Assembly (NCBI GenBank): GCA_964016885.1
Contig: OZ024740.1
Location: forward strand, 182,900,001 to 182,964,000
Length of the DNA stretch: 64,000 nucleotides
Direction: 5' to 3'
Source: Eledone cirrhosa
Taxonomy: Eukaryota
The position numbers were made by a program, and so were the translations under genes. The notes beneath the pieces are model-generated. The model was not told where the DNA came from and ran no database searches. It saw only the letters and a program-made list of their open reading frames with translations. Positions 52,150 through 64,000 of the stretch are shown piece by piece (position 1 is the first letter of the stretch; every line of letters starts with the position of its first letter).

Positions 52150-53478
52150 GTTAAAACACTACCTAGGGTTTCAAGGCCCAATATTGACCATAGGTCCAGA
52201 ATGTTAGAGGGATCAAAATTGTGACCTAAACTTCAGGCACTTATATGAGTTTATAAGCTGCTGTTAAAAGTAAATTTTCTTAAGAACGCTAGTTAATGAA
52301 AAGGATATTATATCAAAAGGAAATAACTCCAAGATATAAATCTGAAATAGCAGAATCGTACATGTTAGTATCCATGCACTATAGCAGATGTATGGTATTA
52401 TGTGTTGGTATGTAATATATAAATGGTAATATTTATTAAGGTATGGATTTGAGTAGTATAGAAGGTGTACTGTATTATGCAAGTGTAAAACAAGAAAGAG
52501 AAATAAAAGACATTAGGAAAGTATATAAAAAAATTAAAGGTGGTTGAAAATCAATTGGATTTGTTGATTATTTCCACCTAGCAAGCAGTTGGCTTTAGAG
52601 ATGGTTGCATCCTCTAAAACTTTTGTATTTTGTGTTCAATAAATTATTGATCAGAGATGACAAATCTTGATTATTCTAAATTCTAATATTGTAATATTCT
52701 AAATTTCAAACTAACACGAAGACAGAGACAACATCTCTTGGTACCATTGGTCTAAGGTCTGGATCTTTTAAGTATCTTCCAAGTTATCTTATTCCTTTTT
52801 CCTTTAATTGCCAGACGTTTTTTACCAGAGCTGTACTGGTTGTCATATCGGGATTCCTGAAGGAGTGGAGATGTGAGTAAAACGTTGTTTAAAACGATTT
52901 TACACCACATCAATATATCTTTCGCGAACTTCAGAATTTTTTGTGGTATTGTGTGTAATCTCTCCCTCATACAGAATGGATTTGATATTACATTTCTGTT
53001 TGATAGTGCAGTTCTCGACATGAGCAACTTGGATTTACGTCAGGTATATTCTTCGCAGTAATTTTTTCTCACACAGACGGGCCGCATAAATAGTATATCT
53101 TGACAGAATTGTGATTAAATATGTTACTGTATCTATATTGTGGTGAGATATGTCTATGTATTAAATCTAAAATCTTTTTACTATACCTTAATAAATGTTA
53201 CCATTTATATATTACATACCACAACATAATACCATACATCTGCTATAGCCCACAAATACTAACATGTATACAATTTTGTTGTTTTAAATTTACATCTTGG
53301 AATTATTTCCATTTGTTATAATACGTTTTTTCATAAACTAACATTTTAGTATGCTTTACTTTTAACAGTAACTTATAAACTCATATAAGCACCTGAAGAG
53401 AATGTCAACATTTTGATCCTTCTTACATTCTGGAAATATGGTCAATATTGGGCCTTGAAACCTTAAGTAGTATTTTTG
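52150..53478 (-). mobile_element. 5'-truncated Penelope-like element: GIY-YIG remnant between ~300-bp inverted repeats
   Basis: Minus strand reads SCSCR...ITWKILKRSRP*TNGTKRCCLCL; 52150-52445 is the inverted copy of 53180-53478. Confidence 0.78.
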
Positions 53479-54146
53479 TTCTGTTTATGAACATAAATAA
53501 ATAATGTAATATCAATTGAGCCCTGGTTTTCTTTTGCACACCTATGGATATTTCTACACATAAATAAATATATATATAAGATAAGGTAGTTTTCACTTTA
53601 TGTTGGTAAACCGTATTTGTGGAATTATTATGTAATCATTAGTGAATGAACTACTTATCAAATATGTTTTTTTAAAACATGGTTAATGAAGTCCCGTGAT
53701 AGAATTTTACAGATGTTAAATACACTTGTATGGTACACTGAGAAAATTAGTATGAATTATTATATTACTTAGAACATGCAAGGAGCCAGGGGAAATTTAA
53801 AGAATGATCCATTTGAGTAAACCTAACGCGTATTTCATCACCGATTACATAATCATCTGGATATACATAATACCTGGATAGGTATATTTTTCCTAATCAT
53901 TCACTCACAATATGTTTATTGTTGGCGAATCTTCCTATATACATACAACTGTCCATCTTTCAGCTGTTTTTCCCATTGTCTTTGTCTTGCACGCCCGTTA
54001 TTTTGAATATATATATATATATTGTTATACTTTCTGAGTTTCACTTCAATTTATCATTATAATTATAATTACTCAGTTAGTTTAATAACTAGATGATTGT
54101 AACAACGAAGTGTGTGTGCGTATATATAAATATATATCATCATTAT

Positions 54147-54194
<48 letters not shown>

Positions 54195-54197
<3 letters not shown>

Positions 54198-55875
54198 CAT
54201 CATCATCATCATCAACGTTTAACGTCTATCTTCAACGCTAGCATGTGTTTAGACGGGAATGTCCCACTTGAGGCAAGATTGGTCATCTCGCTCGTATAGG
54301 ACAGTCTGGCAGGTTTTCTACGGCTGGATACCCTTCCTAACACTAACCACGTTTACAGTGTGGACTGGGACTTTTTTTACCGTGTTACCTACACGGACAC
54401 ATTACAGCGTGGACTGTGTGTTTTTTTTTTGTCGTGACACCTACACGACCTCATTTATTTAGGACTGGATGTTGTGCTACAACATAACATTACAGAGAAA
54501 GGGGTGGTGTTCATGGGGGAGTTGGGTTAGTGGAATGGGGGTGTATATTTGATTAAGAGGTGCCTACTGATTGTAGGTTTCGCTTTGTACTTAGGCAATG
54601 CGGGTCTTCTATATTACTGCGTAGCGCCAAAGATCTCGGTCCAGTGACATTGTCTTAGAGAGATGTAAGTGTGTAAGGTCGGAATTTATCAAATCGTCCC
54701 AGGTATTTCTAGGTCTGCCTACTACGTAACTTCCATTAATTTTGATTGCCCTGCACTTTTTTATACAGCTGTCGTCTTTCATGCGCATCACTGACCATAC
54801 CAACGCAGTCTTCTCTCAAGTAAACAGCATCTGATCCCTCTTATACCTAATTTCTCACTTATTTCATTTATACTTTGATATTCACGTATATTACTATTAA
54901 ACATCCAGCTGAGCATGCATGCTTCGTTCCTCTCCAGTCTGCGCAGATCCTCTGCACACAACGCCCATGTCTCACTGTCATGTAACATTGCTGTTCGTAT
55001 GCAGGCATCATGCAGTCTGCCTTTCATTTTTAGAGAGAAAACTTTAGTGGCCAATAGTGGTATAAACTCTCTGAACCTTTTCCATCCCGTTCTGACTCTG
55101 GCTACTGTACTTTCAGAGCACCCTCCACCACTGCTGATTTTGTCACCCAGGTAACGGAAGGTGTCCACTATTTCTATAGAGCCCTCTGGGCAATAGAAGG
55201 AGCTAGTATCCTGTGGGCACTTGCTACTTATTGCATCTGAGCACCGGCCACATATACAATCTACGCTCTTAGATAGCTTTCTTGTGATCCCACTACATCT
55301 TTTATGCACCCATACTTTGCATTTGGGACATAACATGGAATTTCTGCCTACTGCTTTCTTACACACTGAGCATGGCCATTTCCCAGAGGGGACATGTGCC
55401 CTATTTTCCTTCCTACATGCTAGAGCTTTAGTCTTAGGCAAGTTAACTTCAAGGCCTTTTGATTCTAGGCCATGCTTCCATGTTTGGAATTTCTTCACAA
55501 GTTCAGCCATCGATTCAGTTATGAGCGTTAGATTGTCTGCATATAGAAGTTCCCATGGGCAGCCAGTCTTGAACTCCACTGTTATAGCCTGAAGGGCTAT
55601 AATAAATAGGAGGGGGCTAAGGACAGTGCTCTGATGAACACCAACTTTTACGCTAAATGCCTCACAATATTCGTTGTTAATTCTAACCTTGCTGACTGTT
55701 TCTTTATACATGGGTTGTATAGCTCTCACAAGCCATTCATCAACCCTTAGTTTTCTAAGGGCACACCATATAATGGCGCGGCGGACTCTGTCAAAGGCTT
55801 TCTCCAAGTCAACAAAAGCTAAATATAGAGGTTTACGTTTAGCTAGGTACTTCTCTGGTAGTTGTCGTACAAGGA
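54195..55875 (-). mobile_element. RTE LINE of a sister subfamily, 5'-truncated and frameshifted
   Basis: 339-aa ORF EKAFDRV...LYADN...WPCSVCKK...RLRWYG followed by 3' UTR and (TGA)n tail. Confidence 0.93.
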
Positions 55876-56220
55876 AAATATTATATATATAATCTTTCAG
55901 AAGATCCGTCTTAGGGTAAAACCAGTAATTTATTGCTTAAAATTGTAATCTTCACTAATAATATATATCATCATCATCATCTACATACCTTCAGCGTCCA
56001 TTTTCCATGCGTGCATGGGTTAGACGGATTGCTCACGACATCAGACAAGTTTTGCCAATTGGCACTAATGAGCAATGATCATCTACCTTGACAGAATATC
56101 TACTGTGACCTGCAGACCAACAACTATCAGAAGCTCAGCAAAAAAAAAATGGACAACGAAATTCTACATACCAACTACACCACCGACACCCACAACTTGA
56201 AGGAACAAGCACTACTTTCA

Positions 56221-56422
56221 TGGTTGGCAGTTTTGGTAGTAGTAAGAAAATCTCAAGAGAGATGGATAGCAGGAGGTCTTCAGAGAGAAAACCCTGCTCA
56301 ATTAAGTGTTTCAGCCCTTAACTTCTGAGGGCCAAAACACTTGCTTGAAGGGGGTTTCTTCTCTGAAAACCTGCTTTTAAGATCTCCTCAGAGTTTCTTA
56401 CCAGTGTCAAAACTGCCAACCA
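56221..56422. repeat. ~200-bp imperfect fold-back (old MITE-like)
   Basis: Ends tggttggcagttttg / caaaactgccaacca; pairing continues inward to agccct/agggcc around taacttctg. Confidence 0.72.
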
Positions 56423-56897
56423 CTTTCAGAAAACAAATAGACTGATCAGTGAGTTGTGCGTGTAGTTCATACACCTGCAGGAATCAATAACATTCAAACA
56501 CAAGCTAAACAGAGACTAAGAGCCAACTTCGATACTTCCAGTGTTCTCAAAAATCCTTTGTAAATTGAATAGATAAATCGAAAATATATAGGGAATAATG
56601 AAGGTAGCCAAGGTAGAAGGTAACAAAGGTAGCCAAATCTCTCATTTATTCCATTTGTTTCTCTTTACCTCTCTTATTCGAAATCATTACCCCAATATCT
56701 ACAACCCTGCCTACATTGTAGAAGCTTCCTAAACATACCCACTTTTCATATTACTTAATGCCTCAAAGAAATTACAACATTCTCTTATATGTACATACAT
56801 GCATACACACACATATACATACATACATGCATGCACAGATGTATGTATGTATGTATGTATGTATGTATGTATGTATGTATGTATGTATGTATGTATG

Positions 56898-56978
<81 letters not shown>

Positions 56979-57034
56979 TTGAGGTTTTTTTTACAAAATG
57001 AAAAATAACCGAGGTGTCCTACACGAGTGAAAGT

Positions 57035-57620
57035 ATAAAGAAAAAAAGATGAAATCGAAAATGCAACTGGAGTCTTATTTGAAAAAAAATATATATATTT
57101 ATTTGGTTCCTTTACCGGTTTCGCAGTTCTTCTGCTTTTCAAAAGTAGAGTTGAGATGGAGGGTCTGTGGTTTTTCTCACATCTGGTTGGTCTCTGAATG
57201 TTACTTGTTTTATATGGAAAAAGTGGCTGGAAATGCCAGGTTTTTCGAGAAGTAATTTGATTGGTTTGTCAATAATTATAATAAATTTCGCGCCAGTTCG
57301 CGTTACAAAGTTCTTCAAACAAGGGGGGGGGGGGTGTCACAGGTTGTTTTTTTCATATATGAGTGTTTGAATTTCTTTTTACTTAAAAGCAGGGGGTTCA
57401 CGAAGGAAAACCTGGCATTTCGAGCCACTTTTTCCATATAAAATAAGTAACATTCAGAGACCAACCAGATGTGAGAAAAACCACAGACCCTCCATCTCAA
57501 CTCTACTTTTGAAAAGCAGAAGAACTGCGAAACCGGTAGAGGAACCAAATAAATATATATATTTTTTTAAAAATAAGACAGACTCCAGTTGCATTTTCGA
57601 TTTCATATGTTTTTCTTTAT
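57035..57620. repeat. ~210-bp inverted repeat pair with ~160-bp spacer at the 5' end of a PLE
   Basis: 57035-57245 is the reverse complement of 57405-57620 with few differences; flanked by (TA)n. Confidence 0.9.
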
Positions 57621-58498
57621 ATATATATATATATATATATATATTAACAGATAGCATCACCTCTAAATACCAAATAGCTAACATAAACACCTATAATACT
57701 ATTAATAAGGACGCCAAAGAATTAGCTATTTTTTAAAAAACAGACAATAGAACAGAAAAACTTGCAAAATGTAATGCCTATATCACTCTTAAAGATCACA
57801 AATCTGATTTTAATAATCGTCCCAGTTGTAGATTAATCAACCCTGCTAAGACTGAAATCGGCCTTGCTAGCAAAAAAAAATATTAAATAACATAAACAAA
57901 CATATTAGAAGTAAGTCAGAATTACTCCAATGGATAAATAGCTCTTCTGTAGTACGTTGGTTTTAAAATATTAAAGATAAAAATAGTTCTAGATTCACCC
58001 AATTAGGGGGGGGGGGGGGGGGGGGCTTAATTTACAAATCTGCAGAGTCAATTTCCGGGCCCCCTTTAAAATATGTAGTGACCCATATCATTCTCTGAAA
58101 TCATACTAACAAATTTTCCCGAGGGCCGGAACCCCCCTGTACATACCCTCTGAAGTTGAGGATGGTCGAAAAGAAGGAAAAGTCCGCTATTATTGCACCT
58201 ATACTCGATATTTTTTAGTCACAAGAGAGGGTTTTGGGGGGTCGATAAACTCATTTATGGTATTGTTTTTGCATTACGACCATCCAATATGCCGGATATG
58301 GGAAACTGTTATTGAACCAACTATATTGACTAATATATCATTTTTCATGAATGGCATATTTTAAACGCATTTCCGAAGACAAAATGAACTTAACTCTAGT
58401 CTATGGCTTGAAAAAATTATTATGCATGATTCATTGGTACATTATCATTGGTTTATTTTAAATTATAATTGTTCAACAAGTGATCTAAAGCATCCGTT

Positions 58499-61469
58499 TT
58501 ACGGCTGACTTTCTCCAGATAAACCCTCAGATTTCGCACGTAAGTATCCACATCTAGTTTCAGATAATTACTTTTCAGTTAGAAAATGTCGCTGGTTTGT
58601 GGTATCGATAGCGAAGTATCCCTTGCATATCTAATTTCTAAATACAACCTTTCTATTTTATCTGTTTCCGAAGCTGTATCGGTCTCCATATATGTATCTA
58701 TCTCCTCCTTTTTAGTGAAAGGACCACCTACATATTTAGATAATCAAGGTCCTTGTTTCGTCGCTTGTCGATGGCGATATTGGCCTTTTCCTTGGTTGCG
58801 AGGCCTTCGCGTGACAACTCCTCCTGTCTTACAGTCCATGCTTTCATAATTTCAGGTATTTGGCCGCCTTTTCTAACCAACTTCCTGTATTTGACGAAAG
58901 ACGCCGACTCATTTTCAATCAGGTCTTTAGCCTTCATCTTTACTTGAGATGAAGAAGCAGCGGCCAATTGTTTCGCGCCTCGGCGAGTCAATTCGTAATT
59001 AATAAAGCCCACGCCTCTTTCTGAATCGAGGTTGTGAATAGGCGCTTTTTCAAGTTTGGCAGTGTCCATCTTTGATAAGGCGTATGTAGAATCACGAGCT
59101 TCTCCAAATCCGAATATGTCGCACTTTTGCTTCTGGAAGCCATCACCCAACTTCGGTAAGAGCACCTTTATGACGTTGAGTACATCATCTCTCATCTCGC
59201 TGGTCGCCGCATTTATCGCATCGCACATTTCGTCATCATATCGGATGTCTGAAACGTTCTTCTGATACGGAACTCAAAGCTGGTTGGTCAGTAGATAATG
59301 ATTTGCTGGGATCAATATGTATCAAATCGTCGTAGATCTTATTGAATGCTATCGCCAGTTTGGGATAGTCCGTCGCTTGTGCAGTCGTGAGTGATAAGAA
59401 TGGCTCTACCAAATGCAATCCAATGATAGCTCCACTGCAGAACAACACCCGGAAGAAGTCCATATTCATAAAACAGCGCACTATACACGCCAACTGGTTA
59501 GTTACATGCTCGAATTTCTGAACGTATGCGGCTATATCGTCTAGGTGATACAGCGTAACTGCACAAGTTATGGTAAGCCGATTGAACCGTTCATCTTTCA
59601 ATGAAACGGACTTATTTTTGCGTGGATGTATGAACGAGTCAAAGTCATTCACCTTGTTCCAATTTTTGTGGTCGAAATCGTGGCATATCAATCTTGTTAT
59701 ACGGTCAAGGGCTTGCTCTGTGATGCTTGAGGTATTAGTAGAAAACTCGAGAAGATTTTGTCTCTACCAATTTCGTTTTCAATTTCAGACAATAGCTTCG
59801 TCAAAACCCTGTTGAACATGAGAGAAGTATGAACATTACAGAAAAGGTGGTCTGGAACGTGTTCAGTCTCTAGTTTTTCAGCTAGGATCGCCTCAACCTC
59901 GAAATTGTGTGATGTTTGATCAGTTATCACTGTGGTTAGAAAAAGCTACCTCACTTACCGCTTTGCACAGGCGCCGCTAAATGCCATGGCTGGTTTCTCC
60001 TCTTCCACGTGCGTACAATCCAACTCGTTAACCGGGAGCTGCAAAACTGACGTCCACCACGTTCCTGATCACCGCTAGAGAGAGGCCGACCTGCTGGCCC
60101 TTCTGGTCGAGCACCCTTCCGGCCAAGCACCCTTCCGGTCAATCACTCTTCCGGTCGAGCGCTACCCAGCTTCCGGCCACCGCACACCATACCCATAATC
60201 ACAAAATAGTTTTTTTTCGAAGAGCAATTTACGGGTACCTCACTTGCAGCTTCTAGTATGGATAAAACAGCCAATTTTAAATCAGCCAAGTTCTGTCGCG
60301 ATTCAGACGCTATCGGTAACGTAGGAAGCGCTCTGTACTTTCCACCAACTGTCATGCCCTGTACACTGAAAGATGAAACACATTGTTTTGTGGACCCGTC
60401 GTCGTGATAGGTAATCACGCTGTTGGTATCTGAAGACATGATTTCTTTAACTATGCAGTCCAGTGCCATCATTTCAATACTTTTTCCGCTCTCTCGAATA
60501 TTACGTTTATGAGGTAAAGTATCGAGATCGATCACGTCGATTTCGTTATGTAACTTCCATTTCCTGTCAAACAATTTATTTCCAACAACAACTATCGCGG
60601 CATTAGCCTGATTTTCAGACTTATGTGTTATGGATTTCAGTTCATTGATAGTTTCGTATACTTCCGGCTTTATTATCCTCTTACTGATTCGTAGGTGTCT
60701 GAAACACGGGGGTAGAAGATCATCTCCGAAGTCCAATGATACCACAACATTACGCTTCTTAGGAACGGACGGAGCACTGTCAGATGAGAAATCAACGTCC
60801 GCAGCTTGTTCGTTGTCTTCGGTAGAGTCCGAAGACACATCCATAAATAATTGGATCATTTCTTGCTCTTTTTCAGCTCTCTGCATCTGTCTTTCCAAAG
60901 ATTCAATGTCACTTTTCCCCCTTTTCATTGTGTTTTCCCACTTTTTATCTATGAAATTCTCACAAAACATTTCACGTTCCTTGCGCTGATCATAAAGGAA
61001 TTCCCACTCATCATCCGTCATGCTGACTCCGTGGTAATTTTCTAGTCTCTTCCTCACTACGGCGTTCTCGCAGAATATATCAAATATATAATCCACTTCG
61101 TTGTTAAATTTGTTTAACCTCCTCCAAGTATTTTTCATTTCTCTTGTTCTTCCTCGTTTGATATAGTCCTTGAAATTCTGCATATAATTGAAGTATTTTC
61201 CGTTTTATATGTTTTATCGTCACTGTATATACGTTACAGAAAATCCAGTGTTCTGATAGCACATATGAGAGGGTCAATGCTGCTTCTTCTTTTGATCTCT
61301 GATTCTGGCCTGCTCGTCATGGTCGCATTAGATACATCATGTTCGTGATAACATTCCTTTTTGTGGGTAGAAGTCCATTGGAGAATCCTGCAGTTTCCAC
61401 ATATTCCAGTTCACGGAGAATCTTCTTCACGGACGATCGCAATGGTAATTTTGTGTGCCTGTATGCCAT
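58499..61469 (-). pseudogene. DDE transposase pseudogene
   Basis: Collinear fragments with YHDDGS, VITDQ, FCNVH (CxxH), ERFNRL and PIHNLDSERGVG; several frameshifts and one insertion. Confidence 0.82.
59931..60197. mobile_element. 267-bp solo-LTR-like insertion
   Basis: 5-bp TSD ATCAC (59926-59930 and 60198-60202); ends TGTGG...CCATA; GC-rich with short cccttccggtc repeats; interrupts FVITDQ codons. Confidence 0.72.
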
Positions 61470-63606
61470 TTCAAAAATTGGACGTTAATCTGAAAGTACG
61501 AAAGATATGGTGCATGTGAGATCACGGGCAAATGCAGGTTCGGCTAAAGAACGAAGCAATAACGAATTCGGTAGACGTTAAACATGAGAAACTATTTATT
61601 ACATGAGACAACATAACTCTCGCAGTGAAAAATTATTGTACCCGCCATACCGAATTTTGGTAGCCATCTTGGATTTTGGTCGCTATCCTGGATTTCCGGC
61701 ATATTGGATGGTCGTAATTCAAAAACAATACCATAAATGAGTTTATCGACCCCAAAATCCCCCATTATGACGAGAAAATATCGAATATAGGTCAAATAAT
61801 AGCGGACTTTTCCTTCTTTCGACCATCCTCAACTTCAGGGGGTATGTACAGGGGTGTTCCGGCCCCCGGGAAAAATGTTAAGTATGATTTCAGTGAATGG
61901 TATGGATGACTACATATTTTAAAGGGGGCCCGGAAAAAATGCATATTTATCAACCCGCCCCCAACCCAATTTGACATTGTAGACTTCTATCAGTCTATTA
62001 CTCACCCTCTTTTAACAAAAGCATTAAATTTTGCTAAAAAGTTTATTAATATTTCTGATATTGAAGGGAGTGTCATTTTGCATGCTAGAAATACATTACT
62101 GTTTACTAATAATGATACTTGGGTAAAAAAATCTAACCCAGAGAACCCCTTCGATGTCTCAATGGGTTCTTTTGACAGTGCTGACGGGTGTGATTTAGTC
62201 GGCCTATTCCTCCTCTACACACTTAAAGAGAAATTCCCTAACCATACCATTGGGCTTTATCATGACCATGGTCCAATACTTTCCGATACTACTATAGGCC
62301 ATAATTTAGACAGATTCAGGAAAGACTTAATAAAAACCTTCGCTAGATTTAATCTTAAAATTACAATTGACACAAACCTTTCTAATGTTAATTTTCTAGA
62401 TATAAACATAGATCTGCCTACTACTTCTTATAAACCGTACCATAAAACTAATGAAAATTTAAAATACATAAATAACGGCTCTTGCCATCCTCCTATAGTA
62501 TTTAAAAATCTCATCCCTAATATTAGCTGTAGGTCTCCACCCTCTCTTCCTGAGAAACTATTTTCAATAAGGCAGCCCCCTACTATAATAAAGCCCTTCA
62601 AAATAGTGGATCTAGTGAACTGATGAAGTACATACCTAACAATACTAACTCCTTTAAACATAATAATAGGAAAAGAAAAATAATCTGGTTCACACCCCTA
62701 CTCTTTAGCAGTTAAAACTAATGTCGGCAAAAAATTCCTAGAGCTCTTAGATAAACATTGCCCTAGAACACATAGATACTATAAGATCTTCAATAGAAAC
62801 TGTGTCAAAATCAGCTACTCCTGCGGTCCCTCTATTAAATCTTATATCCTTAATAAGAAAACACCCAGAAAATATCAAAATTGCTCCTGTAGAGTCAAAA
62901 GTGAATACCCATTACAAGGTAAATGCAACACCAAAGCCATTGTATATGAGGCCAAAGTGACAACCACCAGCAATAACCTACCAGCCACCAGCGAACGATA
63001 TGTGGGTATGACACAAGACAAATTCAAAACGCATTATTACTCACATGTTGCATCTTTCCGACACCCTGAAAAAAAGATTTACAACAGCTCTGGCTAGCAG
63101 AATTTGGGATTTGAAGGACCAAGGTATCCAATATAAATTAGATTGGTCAATTTTGAACCAATCTAAAGAATACGCAAGAGGAACAAGAAGAGGCGCACTC
63201 TGCATAAGTTAAAAATATTGGATTTTACAGAACCTTAAATCACCAAAAACTTGTCTAAATGCAAAGACAGAAATTTTCCCCAGTTGCCCACACATGAAAT
63301 CACACTTGCTTTCCAGCTCATATAAACTTAACTCACTTTCAGATACTTATCGTCCATAAACTCTTATTCTTCACTTTCCTTAACTTACCTTTTTTTATAG
63401 ACTTCTCATTCAGTTTTACTTATCTTCTATTTTTACTTTACATCCACAAGTGAACCTCGCCCCCTGTTATTTGATTCTTTAAATTTATATCTTAACAATT
63501 ATACATTATTTACATTTATTTTACTTCCCCTTTTTCTTTCACTACCAGACATCACATGTCACTTGTGTTTTTAACTCCAGATATTTTCCGTTGTCCCTCA
63601 ACCGCT

Positions 63607-63912
63607 TGTATGTATGTATACTTGCGTGTATTTTGTACCCTTTTATTCATACGGTTGTTTTTTTTTATATATGTATGCAAGCGTATGTGTGCATGTATGT
63701 GTATACGTGTTTGTATATGTATACGAACGCATTCGTATGTGTGTGTGTGTGCATGTGTGTGTGTGTGTGCGTGTACGTATATGTGTTTTCACATGTATAT
63801 ATATATGGTCGCGTGCGTGGGTGTGAATAGATGTGCATGTATGCATATATATGTGTATATGTATGTATATATGCGTGTATATGTATGTATGTATGCGTGT
63901 ATCTGTATGTAT
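63607..63912. repeat. Degenerate (TG)/(TA)/(TATG) microsatellite tract
   Basis: Direct reading. Confidence 0.9.
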
Positions 63913-64000
63913 CACTATAAAAGCTTCACGGCACAGGCATTGCTTTATATCTGGAGATCTCTCTGCACTTGTCGTCACATGGTACCATGGGCCCAGCACT

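Larger units (their letters stand above)
58004..61963 (-). mobile_element. Long-TIR cut-and-paste transposon, hAT superfamily-like (possibly hATw)
   Basis: ~290-bp imperfect TIRs with TAGGGG.../...CCCCCA ends; target duplication ACCCAAT(T) of 7 or 8 bp at 57997 and 61964. Confidence 0.85.
57644..63330 (+). mobile_element. Decayed Penelope-like element (RT + C-terminal GIY-YIG, Naiad-like), split by a DNA transposon
   Basis: AYITLKDHK...[12 protein letters not shown]...RFTQ|FDIVDFYQSI...FDVSMGSFDSA...GLYHDHG...VNFLDI...NCSCR..PLQGKC..IVYEAKV..YVGMT; frame rejoins across 58004-61970. Confidence 0.9.

Noticed and set aside
51843-52224. Pair of similar ORFs on opposite strands (also 57049-57255 and 57315-57548)
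   Set aside because: Consequence of inverted repeats, not duplicated genes.
61964-63330. Selenoprotein-coding PLE (described for some Naiad elements)
   Set aside because: No in-frame TGA seen at the conserved Cys positions I could read and no SECIS recognised; the copy is decayed (YHDHG at the catalytic motif).

Overview
AT-rich, repeat-dominated animal genomic DNA. The RTE LINEs with (TGA)n tails, tRNA-derived SINEs and dense (TA)/(CA) microsatellites resemble coleoid cephalopod (Octopus-like) DNA; this is inference, not a database result. No host gene can be called confidently, only isolated exon-like segments. All long ORFs come from transposable elements: two near-identical young RTE LINEs in inverted orientation, several older RTE relics, a decayed hAT transposase with two Helitrons in or beside it, a CRE-clade relic, and a Penelope-like element (PLE) interrupted by a long-TIR hAT-like transposon that is itself interrupted by a solo-LTR-like insert. 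The most unusual signal is at 50.9-51.9 kb: two type I hammerhead ribozyme motifs. One has a fully canonical core and lies inside a ~717-bp non-coding element with a 52-bp terminal direct repeat inserted in (TA)n, i.e. a retrozyme-like or non-autonomous PLE unit, in a neighbourhood of PLE fragments and degenerate hammerheads. Also notable are a PHD-like C4HC3 finger inside the RTE reverse transcriptase and several long fold-back hairpins. All motifs were read by eye; boundaries of old relics are approximate.
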